Virus record (IMG/VR): IMGVR_UViG_3300031555_000648
Span: 20,458-84,457 of that record
Source of the DNA: a virus
Lineage: Duplodnaviria; Caudoviricetes
Length of the DNA: 64,000 nucleotides
Direction: 5' to 3' (one strand)
Shown: in pieces, positions 50,422 to 60,014 of the stretch
Layout of the letters: every line of letters starts with the position of its first letter
Position numbering within the stretch: position 1 is the stretch's first letter
Notes under the pieces: generated by a model
Told to the model about the DNA's origin: nothing
The model's database searches: none
Seen by the model: only the letters and a program-made list of their open reading frames with translations
Position numbers and translations under genes: made by a program

Positions 50422-51881
50422 TACTTAGTCACCTCACTTGTACCAATATGGTCTGACCAGATACACCTGTCTGGCTCTTTGTCAAAACGCTGTCTCATGT
50501 AACGTGGGTGTCTCATTTTACCACTGTCTCTAAAGAGTTCATTGGCTTTTACTTCGACAACAGTTCCGACCATCTTCTCACGATTGCGTGTAAAGTATTC
50601 TCTGGTATCATCATCAAAACCTGCACACTCACACACCTCCATTAAATGGAGACCATCACAAGTAGAGTGAATAACACCCCTCTTATTCTTTGGCATAGCT
50701 TGGTATTCTTCATCAGTAATGAAAACACCTAACAGCAGATTTCCGACTTGGTTATGGTAGTAGAACTTAGTAACAGGCTCATATCTCTTATCACCATAGA
50801 AATTACCCATGACTCTCTTATCTGTTTCTTTCTCTACCCAGAACCCCCACTTGCGTACATCTTTTCCTGTGTACTCTTTGGTAGGCTCATCAAAACCAAG
50901 GACAATCATATCTCTGGTCAAGAACTTCTTAATCTTGCTGTACTCCCAACCACGCTTGTGCAGGTATTTACCAGACTTAGGTTTTACGATAAGACCCTCA
51001 CCACCTAAAGCTACAATGAGTTCATAATAACCTCTTGGAGTCAAGGTCTGGTCTTTGGACTTGTAACAAGCATACAGGTGTGGATAGGTGTCTGCATTGT
51101 CCAATAACTCATCAAAGAATTGGTCAATATACATTTCATTTCCAAGTCTCTTCATGACTTCATCATACACATTTGCGTCAATGGTCTTTCCACAGTCAAA
51201 GTACTCTACTTCTTTAATATAAGGACTGTTTGCTTCTTCCACTGCTAAACGTAGGTACTCCTTACGTCTTTCAAGTGGCAGTTTTCTAAGGTCAATACCT
51301 TTGTAGAAGAGAATATCAAACGCATGGAATGAAATAAACCCTTTCTCAATCTGTCGGTCAACAGCTTTATCCCACAAGCAGTTCAAGGTACTTGATACTT
51401 CTTTGAATGGAAGACCATCAATGAACATTTCTCCGTCAAGAATTGTGCCACCTAACTCTGGTTGGTCAAGTTCTCTTAAATGTGGTAAGCTGTCAGTGTT
51501 CTCAACATAGAACCCTGTCTTCTTGCTTATTCTTCTACTGAACACTCTACAGAAACCGACTTCATCATTGAACTCTCCGTCTTCATCAACTGTCTTCTGA
51601 CTTAAGAAATATACAAGTGCTCTTGTGCCATCAAACTTCTCTTCAATGTAATATGCAGGGTCTCTCAACTTTTCGTCCTGCTGTTCTTCGGTCTCTAACT
51701 CTTTAGCAGTCATAGGTTCATAACCTCTGATACCTGCCATCTTAAATGCTTCTGGACAATCCCATAACTCACTTGGGAACATTTCATCAATCACTATGTC
51801 CTCATCTGTCTGCAAATCAGTACAATGAAATTTATTGTCTGCTCCACTTCTATGAAGTGTCTGTAAATCTAAGGCTGACAT
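50421..51881 (-). CDS. lig: ATP-dependent DNA ligase
   Basis: EEKFDGTR adenylation motif, ILDGEM, FDIL, GEGLIVK, KIK, OB-domain LRHP-like MRHPRY. Confidence 0.9.
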   Translation of the reverse strand: MSALDLQTLHRSGADNKFHCTDLQTDEDIVIDEMFPSELWDCPEAFKMAGIRGYEPMTAKELETEEQQDEKLRDPAYYIEEKFDGTRALVYFLSQKTVDEDGEFNDEVGFCRVFSRRISKKTGFYVENTDSLPHLRELDQPELGGTILDGEMFIDGLPFKEVSSTLNCLWDKAVDRQIEKGFISFHAFDILFYKGIDLRKLPLERRKEYLRLAVEEANSPYIKEVEYFDCGKTIDANVYDEVMKRLGNEMYIDQFFDELLDNADTYPHLYACYKSKDQTLTPRGYYELIVALGGEGLIVKPKSGKYLHKRGWEYSKIKKFLTRDMIVLGFDEPTKEYTGKDVRKWGFWVEKETDKRVMGNFYGDKRYEPVTKFYYHNQVGNLLLGVFITDEEYQAMPKNKRGVIHSTCDGLHLMEVCECAGFDDDTREYFTRNREKMVGTVVEVKANELFRDSGKMRHPRYMRQRFDKEPDRCIWSDHIGTSEVTK

Positions 51882-51942
51882 ATCACTACCTCACTTTCTT
51901 TTTCTATATTCTTATTATAACACAAGACAGCAGGTGTGTCAT

Positions 51943-52293
51943 TTAACACCTGCTTCTTGCACACTGAATTATAGGCTGTGGAAATCCTCTTGTATTCAAC
52001 TTTAAGTTATGCACATAGTGTGGATAACTTTGTGGATAACTATACTTCTCTGGCAGTAAGTCCTTTAATTCTGGAACAAACTTGTCTGATAACTCCTTAA
52101 AGGCTTCACTAAGAGACTCAATCATTGGTATGCACACCCTTGCTAAATCTTCAAGGAACTGCTTAAGGACTTCAATCACTCTGTTCACCCAATCTTCTAA
52201 AACAGGTATCACACTCACTACATGACACGTCACTTTTACAGAGGTCTTCCATCTGTCTTGTAAATCACTATACTTCATCAATTCCTGTTTCAT
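51943..52293 (-). CDS. hypothetical protein
   Basis: 116 aa ORF. Confidence 0.5.
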   Translation of the reverse strand: MKQELMKYSDLQDRWKTSVKVTCHVVSVIPVLEDWVNRVIEVLKQFLEDLARVCIPMIESLSEAFKELSDKFVPELKDLLPEKYSYPQSYPHYVHNLKLNTRGFPQPIIQCARSRC

Positions 52294-52600
52294 CTTTTAC
52301 TTCACCTACTTCTTTCGCTTCAATGGATAACAGCTTCTTCTTAACTGCAAGCAGTTCATCAATCCATCTAATTGTCTGTGCATAGACTCTCTTCTCATTG
52401 GAGTCCTTGGCATTAGCAATCTTAAGCATATAGAACGCTTTAACCTGCTCTGGTGTTAAAGAAACAGGTGCTTGCACATCAGAAGTATCTGTGTCCTCAT
52501 CACGTTCAATTTCATTCTCAATCTCACTCTGTCTCCTTGCATTTCTAAAGGTCACATCTTCTACTTTGAACCCATTTCTAGTTGTGGTCATCTGGCTCAT
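52268..52600 (-). CDS. hypothetical protein
   Basis: GGAG RBS, 110 aa. Confidence 0.55.
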   Translation of the reverse strand: MSQMTTTRNGFKVEDVTFRNARRQSEIENEIERDEDTDTSDVQAPVSLTPEQVKAFYMLKIANAKDSNEKRVYAQTIRWIDELLAVKKKLLSIEAKEVGEVKDETGIDEV

Positions 52601-53213
52601 CTTTCTGTTCCTCCTTTACTTCAATGATTGTATCAAGCAGTGCACGAATGTTACCCTCACACGCAGTCTTCATAACACTTATATCAACAAGGTTTCTGTC
52701 ACCCTTTAAAAATGGCTTCAAGAGTTCAGCACCCTCATCTGACATAATGATATGAGAATACACAATAGGATTAACAACACTAGGGTCTGGATTATAAATA
52801 CCAATAGGCATGAATTGTGAGTGCTTCATCATCACATCATCAAACCCAAGTTTATAATCAATGCTGTGCATGAGTCCAATACTTGTAAGATACATAACAA
52901 GGTCATAACCTCTGTGTGGAAACTCTTGCACATTGGTAAGGTTGGTGTAGTATCTAAACTGACCCTGCTTATCAATCTGCAACACTTGGTTGCTGTACAT
53001 AGACCTCACACTAACACTAAAGTCTAAAGGCACATAATGGCTTTTTAAGGCTTCCTCGGCTGTGTCAAAGTAATAAGTATGCTTTAATAAGATTTCCTCT
53101 AAATCAATGTCTTTCTGGACTTCTGGTGAGGTCTTCAAAGTGTTAGCATTAACACATAAAATCATTTCTAATACCTCCTGTATTATGCAAAATAAGGGTA
53201 GTGGTGTTAGCAC
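52578..53213 (-). CDS. hypothetical protein
   Basis: Likely start MILCVN after GGAGGT. Confidence 0.55.
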   Translation of the reverse strand: MLTPLPLFCIIQEVLEMILCVNANTLKTSPEVQKDIDLEEILLKHTYYFDTAEEALKSHYVPLDFSVSVRSMYSNQVLQIDKQGQFRYYTNLTNVQEFPHRGYDLVMYLTSIGLMHSIDYKLGFDDVMMKHSQFMPIGIYNPDPSVVNPIVYSHIIMSDEGAELLKPFLKGDRNLVDISVMKTACEGNIRALLDTIIEVKEEQKDEPDDHN

Positions 53214-53239
53214 TACCCCTTACTGCTCTGGTGTGATTA

Positions 53240-54343
53240 TTAGTCTTCGTACTCTGTTCCGCAGTGGCTACAGATATACTTCTTGGTCTTCTTAACATAT
53301 TTCAGTTCATGACCACAGCACATATTTCTGTCACCTACTTCATAAGGTTCTCCCGGCTCACACTCGTTACCATCATTGTCGATTGTTCTCTTAACAAGTT
53401 CCATGTACAGCTTGATTAACTCATTGTCATCATAGTCGTCACCCAAGAGGTCAATCTCTGCTTCGGTAGCATTGTCCTCAATGTAAGACTCAATGTCTTC
53501 CTGTGTGAGTTCTTCATCAGAGATAGCAGTTAAAATCTCGTCCATCTTAGCTTCGATTGCTTCTGCTCTCTCTTCGGTCATTTCGGTAGGGTCATTGTAA
53601 CCATTAGGGTCATACTGCTCAAAGTAAGAGTCAGCTTCGATTTCCTCATCTTCGCTGTCATCATCTGCAACTGCTTCTGCTGTGTCCTCTGCTTCATCAT
53701 CAGCGTCATCACCTGCTTCATCTTCTTCATCATCAGCGTCTAACTCAATGAGACCTGCTCTCAACGCTTCTGCTAACTTCTGAACAGCGTTCTTCTTGGT
53801 AGCCTTAACCTCAACACTTGCAAGTGCTTCAATAATGTCCTCTACAGGAGTCTCTTTAGCAATCTCTTCTGCCTGTTCGTCAAACTCATCTGTGGTAGGC
53901 TCATCAGCTTCTTTCTTACCAAGTTTCTTGCTCTTTGCAGGCTTATTACTTTTTGCAGGTGTTTCCTCTGCGTCTTCTTCGGCAGGTTCACTTACCACTG
54001 CGTCATCTTTGGTCACTGTCACATCAAGTGCTAAAATACGCTCCATGATTTCATCACGAGTACCTGTGCACTTAACACCAAGGGAAGCCGCTAACTTCTT
54101 GAAGTCGTTGTACTTCATGGACTGCAACTGCTCAACGTCAAACTTGCCTACTACTGCTTCTGCACCATCACTCTCAACAGGTGCGTTCATAGCTTCTTCT
54201 TTCTGCACCTTTTCTCTCTTTGCAACTGACTTGCTAGGTGCTGTTGCAGGTGCTTCTGCATTTCCTGCGAGTGCAGACTTGATGGTCTCAAGACCTGCGA
54301 TTGTCATGTCAATTCCTTTGATAATTTCTGCGTTGTTCATCAT
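53240..54343 (-). CDS. highly acidic protein with SAP/Rho-N-like helical motif and C-terminal zinc ribbon
   Basis: LQSMKYNDFKKLAASLGVKCTGTRDEIMERI; D/E tracts; CC...CSHCG. Confidence 0.6.
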   Translation of the reverse strand: MMNNAEIIKGIDMTIAGLETIKSALAGNAEAPATAPSKSVAKREKVQKEEAMNAPVESDGAEAVVGKFDVEQLQSMKYNDFKKLAASLGVKCTGTRDEIMERILALDVTVTKDDAVVSEPAEEDAEETPAKSNKPAKSKKLGKKEADEPTTDEFDEQAEEIAKETPVEDIIEALASVEVKATKKNAVQKLAEALRAGLIELDADDEEDEAGDDADDEAEDTAEAVADDDSEDEEIEADSYFEQYDPNGYNDPTEMTEERAEAIEAKMDEILTAISDEELTQEDIESYIEDNATEAEIDLLGDDYDDNELIKLYMELVKRTIDNDGNECEPGEPYEVGDRNMCCGHELKYVKKTKKYICSHCGTEYED

Positions 54344-54414
54344 TTGAACGTCCTCCTTAAATATAGTTATAAAATTGTTCTTGTCGTGACTCTCATCACT
54401 GACTTGTACTTAGT

Positions 54415-54789
54415 TTAACATGGTGTTTCGGACTTGTCAATTTGGTGTTTATCCACATTTAAAAGTTCCTTAACTCTCTGCTTCAAGTAGGTAATCTTTT
54501 GCTCTACTTTAATCATTTCAGCATACAACCCATTCACAGCTTTCTGTGCTTCTGCTTTGTCAATGTTGCCCTCAAAAGAGGACTTAATAACAGCGTCTTT
54601 TCTAGTCCTCAATTCAAAATAAATACTCTCTAAATGGAGTATAAGGTTATTCATAATGCCGACATTTACTTTCTGCTCTTTGAGTTCTTTCTCAAAGTCC
54701 TCAAGTGATAGGTCTATAATCTTCCCTATCATAGTAACTTGTGGCTTCTGAAACTGCTTTTTCTTTCTGCGTCTTCTCACAGGTCTCAC
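54415..54789 (-). CDS. hypothetical coiled-coil protein
   Basis: GGAGGTG RBS. Confidence 0.55.
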   Translation of the reverse strand: MRPVRRRRKKKQFQKPQVTMIGKIIDLSLEDFEKELKEQKVNVGIMNNLILHLESIYFELRTRKDAVIKSSFEGNIDKAEAQKAVNGLYAEMIKVEQKITYLKQRVKELLNVDKHQIDKSETPC

Positions 54790-54792
54790 CTC

Positions 54793-54984
54793 CTACAGTG
54801 CTCTATTTAAGTATATAAAGGATATTAACACTATAACCCCTGCAATCACTTTGATTATCTCAAAAGATATGAACAGGTGATACAGTATAAACCCTATTAT
54901 AAATAAAACTGAAATAAGGGTCAACACCGAAATAAGAAGAGTCAACTTATTACATAGCTTTTTCACCATTGGTCTCACCTCCAA
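54793..54984 (-). CDS. small two-TM membrane protein
   Basis: Two hydrophobic stretches. Confidence 0.55.
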   Translation of the reverse strand: MEVRPMVKKLCNKLTLLISVLTLISVLFIIGFILYHLFISFEIIKVIAGVIVLISFIYLNRAL

Positions 54985-55336
54985 TCAGTTGATACTTATT
55001 TGCTCTTTCTACATAGTGATTAAACAACTTCCAGAATTGTGGGTCGTGCATAACACCTTTACTTCTCACAAAAGAACCACTTGTGTACTGAATGTGGTGA
55101 CAGAACTCATGAATGGCTGTTTCCATTATTTTATCATAACTCATCAAATCCTCTTCTGTATTTTCATAAGGATAGATGTAAATTTTTGGTCTTGTCTGCT
55201 TATCATCATGCACAGGAAAATATCTTCCGTAAAAAGTCTTACTAAATGGTCTTATAAATAAGTCCACTTCATCTACAGGCAAATTCAAGTGTACTAAATC
55301 AGAAAGCAGTCGTGTCTTTAATTCCTCTTGGCTCAT
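54950..55336 (-). CDS. SprT-like zinc metallopeptidase
   Basis: HEFCHH...HDPQFW. Confidence 0.7.
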   Translation of the reverse strand: MSQEELKTRLLSDLVHLNLPVDEVDLFIRPFSKTFYGRYFPVHDDKQTRPKIYIYPYENTEEDLMSYDKIMETAIHEFCHHIQYTSGSFVRSKGVMHDPQFWKLFNHYVERANKYQLIGGETNGEKAM

Positions 55337-55388
55337 TCTTTCTGCACCTCCGCAGGAATTATAACACGAACTGCTCTCTTTGTAAAAT

Positions 55389-56441
55389 TTACGCAACATT
55401 ACCAAGAAGTAAGCTACCTGCAATTCTTTCTAATTCAAGTCTTCTCTCAAGGGTGAAGTCCTGTGCTACTTCTGTAATACCATTGATGAGACCCCATCTG
55501 CTGTCTGTGTACTTAGTGTTCATTAAATCAATGACCTTGCGTGAACTCTCTTCGGAAAGATTGGTCTTCTGTCTGATGTAAGCCACAAACTCATTTATAT
55601 CATCTTCGTACTCACTTGCAGAACTCCAATGATTGTCTCTGTGCTGTGCTCTTCTCACCCACTCTACAGCGTTTTCTGTAAGCACATCAATGTTCTGTAG
55701 AGACTTAACAAGTCCGTCATGGAACTCTTCTGCTGTGATACCGATATGCTTCTGCTCAAACAGTGTACCACCTGCTCTTGCAATCACAAGTCCATTTGTA
55801 CACACTTGCTTGTAGATACCAAACTTCACAGTCAAGATATTTCTACCCACATCACTACTGTCAAGGAATAGTCCTGCGAACAGGTCTTCACCATCAATAG
55901 GTAACATTTCTCTGCTGACAAGTCTTACATGAAGTCTCTCTTCATTGAGGAATGACCCCTTAATCTTATACTGACTTAAATCCACTGCGTCATCTACAGC
56001 TTGCAGAATTTCATGGCTGTCACATACAGAATACTTATTAGAGAGAATACCTCTCACACCTCCGTTGTATTCTCTAATGAAGAGGTCTTTGTTGAAGTCT
56101 TCAAGCCAACTGTTCACGTTGTCTTGTGCAAGGTCAATTCTACCACTCTGAATACACTTATCAAGGTATCTGGCAGGAACACCAATCTTGCTACATAACT
56201 GTCCGAGTGCATATCTGGACACTTGGAAGTCTCTGATTTCTTGGTCTTCTGCAATGAATGTAAGACCTGCTGTCTCATTAAAACGGACATTGCTTGTGTT
56301 GGCTTTTCTCACCATGTAATCTGTGCTGTTCAGTGCAATGTCATTTGCCTTGATAATTAACTTATCTAAGGTCTTTGGTCTGGTGTCAATCACCTCTTTA
56401 ATTTCTGGTTGCTGTGGTGCTAATGTGATAATCTCTGCCAT
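55389..56441 (-). CDS. DUF932-family protein
   Basis: LFLDSSDVG...GIYKQVCTNGLV...H; WGLINGITEVAQ. Confidence 0.7.
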   Translation of the reverse strand: MAEIITLAPQQPEIKEVIDTRPKTLDKLIIKANDIALNSTDYMVRKANTSNVRFNETAGLTFIAEDQEIRDFQVSRYALGQLCSKIGVPARYLDKCIQSGRIDLAQDNVNSWLEDFNKDLFIREYNGGVRGILSNKYSVCDSHEILQAVDDAVDLSQYKIKGSFLNEERLHVRLVSREMLPIDGEDLFAGLFLDSSDVGRNILTVKFGIYKQVCTNGLVIARAGGTLFEQKHIGITAEEFHDGLVKSLQNIDVLTENAVEWVRRAQHRDNHWSSASEYEDDINEFVAYIRQKTNLSEESSRKVIDLMNTKYTDSRWGLINGITEVAQDFTLERRLELERIAGSLLLGNVA

Positions 56442-56719
56442 TACTGCTCTTCCTCCTTTTTCTTTTCAACAAAGGTACAGTCATAGTCTTCATAGTTATA
56501 TGGCTGTCCTGTGATTTCTCTAACAGACTTAATTAAGACTGCACTGTTGAAGTTCATATTCAGACCCATTACTAAGTCTTCTGCATAACCTGCACTTAAT
56601 TCTAAGGGTGCTTTGTCTTTATCCCAATGTGCATATTTGTTGCTGTGGTCGATTGAGGTCACATAAGTTGGCCCTGTGCTTGAAAATACAAGTACATAAT
56701 AATGATATTTTTTCGCCAT
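56441..56719 (-). CDS. hypothetical protein
   Basis: Coupled to DUF932; a TTGACC-17-TATACT promoter lies upstream (about 56760-56790). Confidence 0.6.
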   Translation of the reverse strand: MAKKYHYYVLVFSSTGPTYVTSIDHSNKYAHWDKDKAPLELSAGYAEDLVMGLNMNFNSAVLIKSVREITGQPYNYEDYDCTFVEKKKEEEQ

Positions 56720-56826
56720 GGTTTCTCTCTCCTTTACATTGATTTATTGGTGGCTATTTCATTGATATTAGTATATCAGAACACTAAAAAGAGGTCAAAC
56801 ACACCACTTGTGCTGACCTCTCTTAT

Positions 56827-57366
56827 TTATACTTCTATAAAGGTTCTCTTAAAGACCTTGGTTGTCTTTGTATGCTTGTGGGTAGAGTAGTAATTCTCTG
56901 CGTCCATCTGCTTGTCAAAGGAAGCAATAGTGTAAACACCTCTTGGTGTGTCTTCTGTTGCTTCACAGGCTTCTCCTACACAGTAATCTTTGGCATACAC
57001 TTCACTTCTCAACCCCTCAATATCTAACTCATGAATAGGACTATCTGTGCGTGTCCTCAACTCTTCAATAAGTTGTTCAATAGAAACACTACCCAACTGA
57101 AAGTTAAGGTCTCTTACTCTTTCAAGTCTGTGACTCTGACCTGTCACATTATCTGGTCTGTCTTTAATAACACGTCCATCTTCTTCATGAGTCGCAACAA
57201 AGTCATCTAAAGGTCTTACAAAACTTCCGTATTCTGGGTGACACACATTAAAATAGTTCACCATGACTGTTTTCTCATCTGTGGCACTTTTGGAAAGTCC
57301 TGTTACATAAAAATACTGTCCTTTAAAATGTCGGTATAATCCGACTGTTACTCTAACTTCACTCAT
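56827..57366 (-). CDS. DUF1653-domain protein
   Basis: GLYRHFKGQYFYV...FVRPLDDF. Confidence 0.75.
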   Translation of the reverse strand: MSEVRVTVGLYRHFKGQYFYVTGLSKSATDEKTVMVNYFNVCHPEYGSFVRPLDDFVATHEEDGRVIKDRPDNVTGQSHRLERVRDLNFQLGSVSIEQLIEELRTRTDSPIHELDIEGLRSEVYAKDYCVGEACEATEDTPRGVYTIASFDKQMDAENYYSTHKHTKTTKVFKRTFIEV

Positions 57367-57367
57367 T

Positions 57368-58039
57368 TTAATAATCCTCCACACTATAATAAGCAAACAC
57401 TGTGCCCTCACACTCTACATAAGTATTTAAGGTGCAAACCCAATTTTCGGTGACTGTAGCACTATAAAAATACATTACATATTCTGGCAGGTCAGTTCCA
57501 TGGACTATAACACTATACACATTTGCTAGTGTCTCTGGCTGTACTTCTCTATCGTCCATCATTCCATTATAAGCAACTGAAAATTGAGGTGTACCATTAC
57601 TGCTTGTCTGATATATCACTTCTTCAATGCTGTTTGGAAACTGACTACTATGTAACCTGTTTAAAATCACTTGTGTTACATACTGCTGACTTTGTGCATG
57701 GTTTTCATAATACCCTGCTTCTGCTTCAACACACTGTGCGATTAAATAAATCTCTGCTTCCGTAAAATCATACACAGGAATGTCGGTCTCTGCAAGTCTG
57801 GCTTCAATCTGGTCATACTCTACAAGCAAGTGTCCATACTCATGTTGCAATTCATTATAACTCTGCTCCCACATTTCTACTATTGCTTCATTGTCTGTTC
57901 TCTGCTTATCCACAAGGACTGTCAACTCATCATTTACTTCAAGTAAGTCCATAAAATTCTCATGGCTCTTCATAAAGAATAATATAAACCCTATCAACAT
58001 GAAAAGTATAACACCTTGATAGACTCTTTCTCTTTTCAT
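57368..58039 (-). CDS. SleB-like cell wall hydrolase (Hydrolase_2) with N-terminal anchor
   Basis: TM segment and coiled coil, then IAQCVEAEAG...VILNR...FPNSIEEVIYQ...QFS. Confidence 0.8.
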   Translation of the reverse strand: MKRERVYQGVILFMLIGFILFFMKSHENFMDLLEVNDELTVLVDKQRTDNEAIVEMWEQSYNELQHEYGHLLVEYDQIEARLAETDIPVYDFTEAEIYLIAQCVEAEAGYYENHAQSQQYVTQVILNRLHSSQFPNSIEEVIYQTSSNGTPQFSVAYNGMMDDREVQPETLANVYSVIVHGTDLPEYVMYFYSATVTENWVCTLNTYVECEGTVFAYYSVEDY

Positions 58040-58105
58040 GGATTTCCTCCTTAAATTAAAATAGTCTGTACAGCTTTTACACTGTACAGACTTCATTATA
58101 GCACA

Positions 58106-59758
58106 TTACTTCTCAATATTCAAAGCGTCCACAAGACTGTCAATTACCACTCTAATGTCACTAGCACCTGTTCCGATTGCACTGTATGTGTTGATAACTT
58201 CTACAATTCTCTCGGAGAAGCCTGTGATAAGGTTCTTTCTGTAGTCATCTGTATTGATGATTGCAAAATTGTTGCCAAGCAGGTTGTTGACATACACTTT
58301 CTTTACAACACCTCTCTTGATAAGGTCATTCACATTGTCATCACAGGAATAACCCCAACCTCTTGTAAATGTGAAAGAGTTACCATTGGAAGAGTAACAA
58401 TCATTATCAGAAAGAATAATGAGGTTAGTGTACTGTGTACCACTTCTCTTGATTTCAGCTAATGCTACATCAAGATTTGTGCAACCACCCACATTCTGAC
58501 GCATAATCTCTCTCATAATGTCCATAGTAGTGGACTTAGTAGAAATATTATGCACCATGGTACATCTGTTTGCAAACACATACACATCTGCAATGCCTTT
58601 CTTGAAGCAGATAGCACCTAACATACAAGCAACTTCATAGGCTGTCACTGCTGACATAGAAGAGATATTGTGCTTCATAGAACCACTAAGGTCTACTAAA
58701 ACTGCACTGTAGCCTACAATGTCCTGTAAGTTGTCAATAGATAAATCTAATGCTTCAACTAAAGCGTCAAGAACTCTTCTCTTACCCATTGAATTAGGTA
58801 ACTTATCAACCTCTTTGTATGCACTGTAAAATCTGAATGGTAACAGTCTGGACTTCTGTACCTCTTTCTTGTCGGTCAGCTTTGCAACAATACTGTCCAC
58901 AGCGTTCTTATCACTAAAGAGACCCTGCTTATCAAGTGCTACAAGGTTCTTCACAATAGCCATTACTGTAGAAGTGTCAATACTCTTCACCACGTCTTTC
59001 TTTGTGGTCTTAGAGTTCTTGTTATTGACCTTGGCAATCTCACTCTGAACTTGTGCAGTGTCAGCACCCATCTTCACTCTTCCCTCAATAATATCTTTGT
59101 AGAAATCTCTTCCTACTCTGGACTTTCTTGGGTCTGGGTGTAACAGCTTGATTGCGTCTGCCATGGACACCTGCTTGCTCTCACCAAGTGCTTTAGATAA
59201 CTGATACTCATTAAAGGACTCTAACTTGCCCTTTAAGGTCTTTCTCATCTGCATTGGAAGAGGTGTTTCTCTGTGCTTATTCTTGCCCCTGCCTTTGGCT
59301 GTGAAGCCATACACATTCATCTGTGTAGCAAGAATATCAAGAATATCTTTGCCACGTCTGATAATGTAGTAAGCATAGGACTGTAACTTGTTCTTACCTG
59401 TCTTCTCATCTACGAACTCTTCACCTTTAAATCGGTCATCATTCATACAGGCTGTTAAAACTGCAAGTGGGTACTGTATCATGTTGTACTCACGACCAAG
59501 CTGTGCGATTTTGAGTACATACTCAATATCATCATCATGCACCTGCTCAATGGTCTTGCACAACTTCTCATAGTCACCTTCTGCTGTTCTCTTCTCATAG
59601 TGAGTACTCTCACCAAACAGAGAACCTAACACTCGGCTAAATAACTGCTCAAGTGCGTCAAGTTTGTGCACAGTAGTACCATGGTGATTAACAGTAGTCT
59701 TTCTGTCCTTGGTAACACTTCTCTGTGCTGTTTTCTTTGTGTTGTTCATTGTTGCCAT
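58106..59758 (-). CDS. Ro60-like TROVE/vWA RNA-binding protein
   Basis: FNEYQLSK...MADAIKLLHP, SRLLPFRFYSAY, ALDLSIDNL...VLVDLSGSM (MIDAS), LIILSDND; start MATMNN after GGAGGT. Confidence 0.88.
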   Translation of the reverse strand: MATMNNTKKTAQRSVTKDRKTTVNHHGTTVHKLDALEQLFSRVLGSLFGESTHYEKRTAEGDYEKLCKTIEQVHDDDIEYVLKIAQLGREYNMIQYPLAVLTACMNDDRFKGEEFVDEKTGKNKLQSYAYYIIRRGKDILDILATQMNVYGFTAKGRGKNKHRETPLPMQMRKTLKGKLESFNEYQLSKALGESKQVSMADAIKLLHPDPRKSRVGRDFYKDIIEGRVKMGADTAQVQSEIAKVNNKNSKTTKKDVVKSIDTSTVMAIVKNLVALDKQGLFSDKNAVDSIVAKLTDKKEVQKSRLLPFRFYSAYKEVDKLPNSMGKRRVLDALVEALDLSIDNLQDIVGYSAVLVDLSGSMKHNISSMSAVTAYEVACMLGAICFKKGIADVYVFANRCTMVHNISTKSTTMDIMREIMRQNVGGCTNLDVALAEIKRSGTQYTNLIILSDNDCYSSNGNSFTFTRGWGYSCDDNVNDLIKRGVVKKVYVNNLLGNNFAIINTDDYRKNLITGFSERIVEVINTYSAIGTGASDIRVVIDSLVDALNIEK

Positions 59759-59799
59759 GATTTTTACCTCCATATTTTCTATGATTACTATGTATAAAT

Positions 59800-59828
59800 A
59801 AAAAAGGTCAACACTCAATGTGTCAACC
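59800..59828 (-). terminator. intrinsic terminator ending the three-RNA unit
   Basis: GGTTGACAC-ATTGA-GTGTTGACC then TTTTTT. Confidence 0.8.
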
Positions 59829-59845
59829 CAATTATTTCTATCTTC

Positions 59846-60002
59846 AAAGTAGCAGGAAGAAAAGCGTTATTGTTGTGTATCTGTTTTTGACAGTTCCGTA
59901 GACTGTTGCCTTACCATTTGGCTATCTGTCCTATTGGTGGACGGAGTTGGAGTCGAACCAACATAAATGATGTAAACAATAACTACACAATCCTACTACT
60001 TT
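59846..60002 (-). ncRNA. scaffolded RNA A carrying a circularly permuted tRNA-Arg(ACG) (Y-RNA-like candidate)
   Basis: 12-bp outer stem, UUGUGUA/GCUUUUCU loop, 9-bp stem; inside, the order is T arm, acceptor 3' strand plus CCA, acceptor 5' strand, D arm, anticodon arm. Confidence 0.8.
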
Positions 60003-60014
60003 AATTACAGCTTA

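Noticed and set aside
7297-51881. Introns or inteins in polymerase, helicase, terminase or ligase
   Set aside because: The ORFs are continuous and of normal size, with no C/S...HN splice motifs; the HNH gene at 62011 is free-standing.
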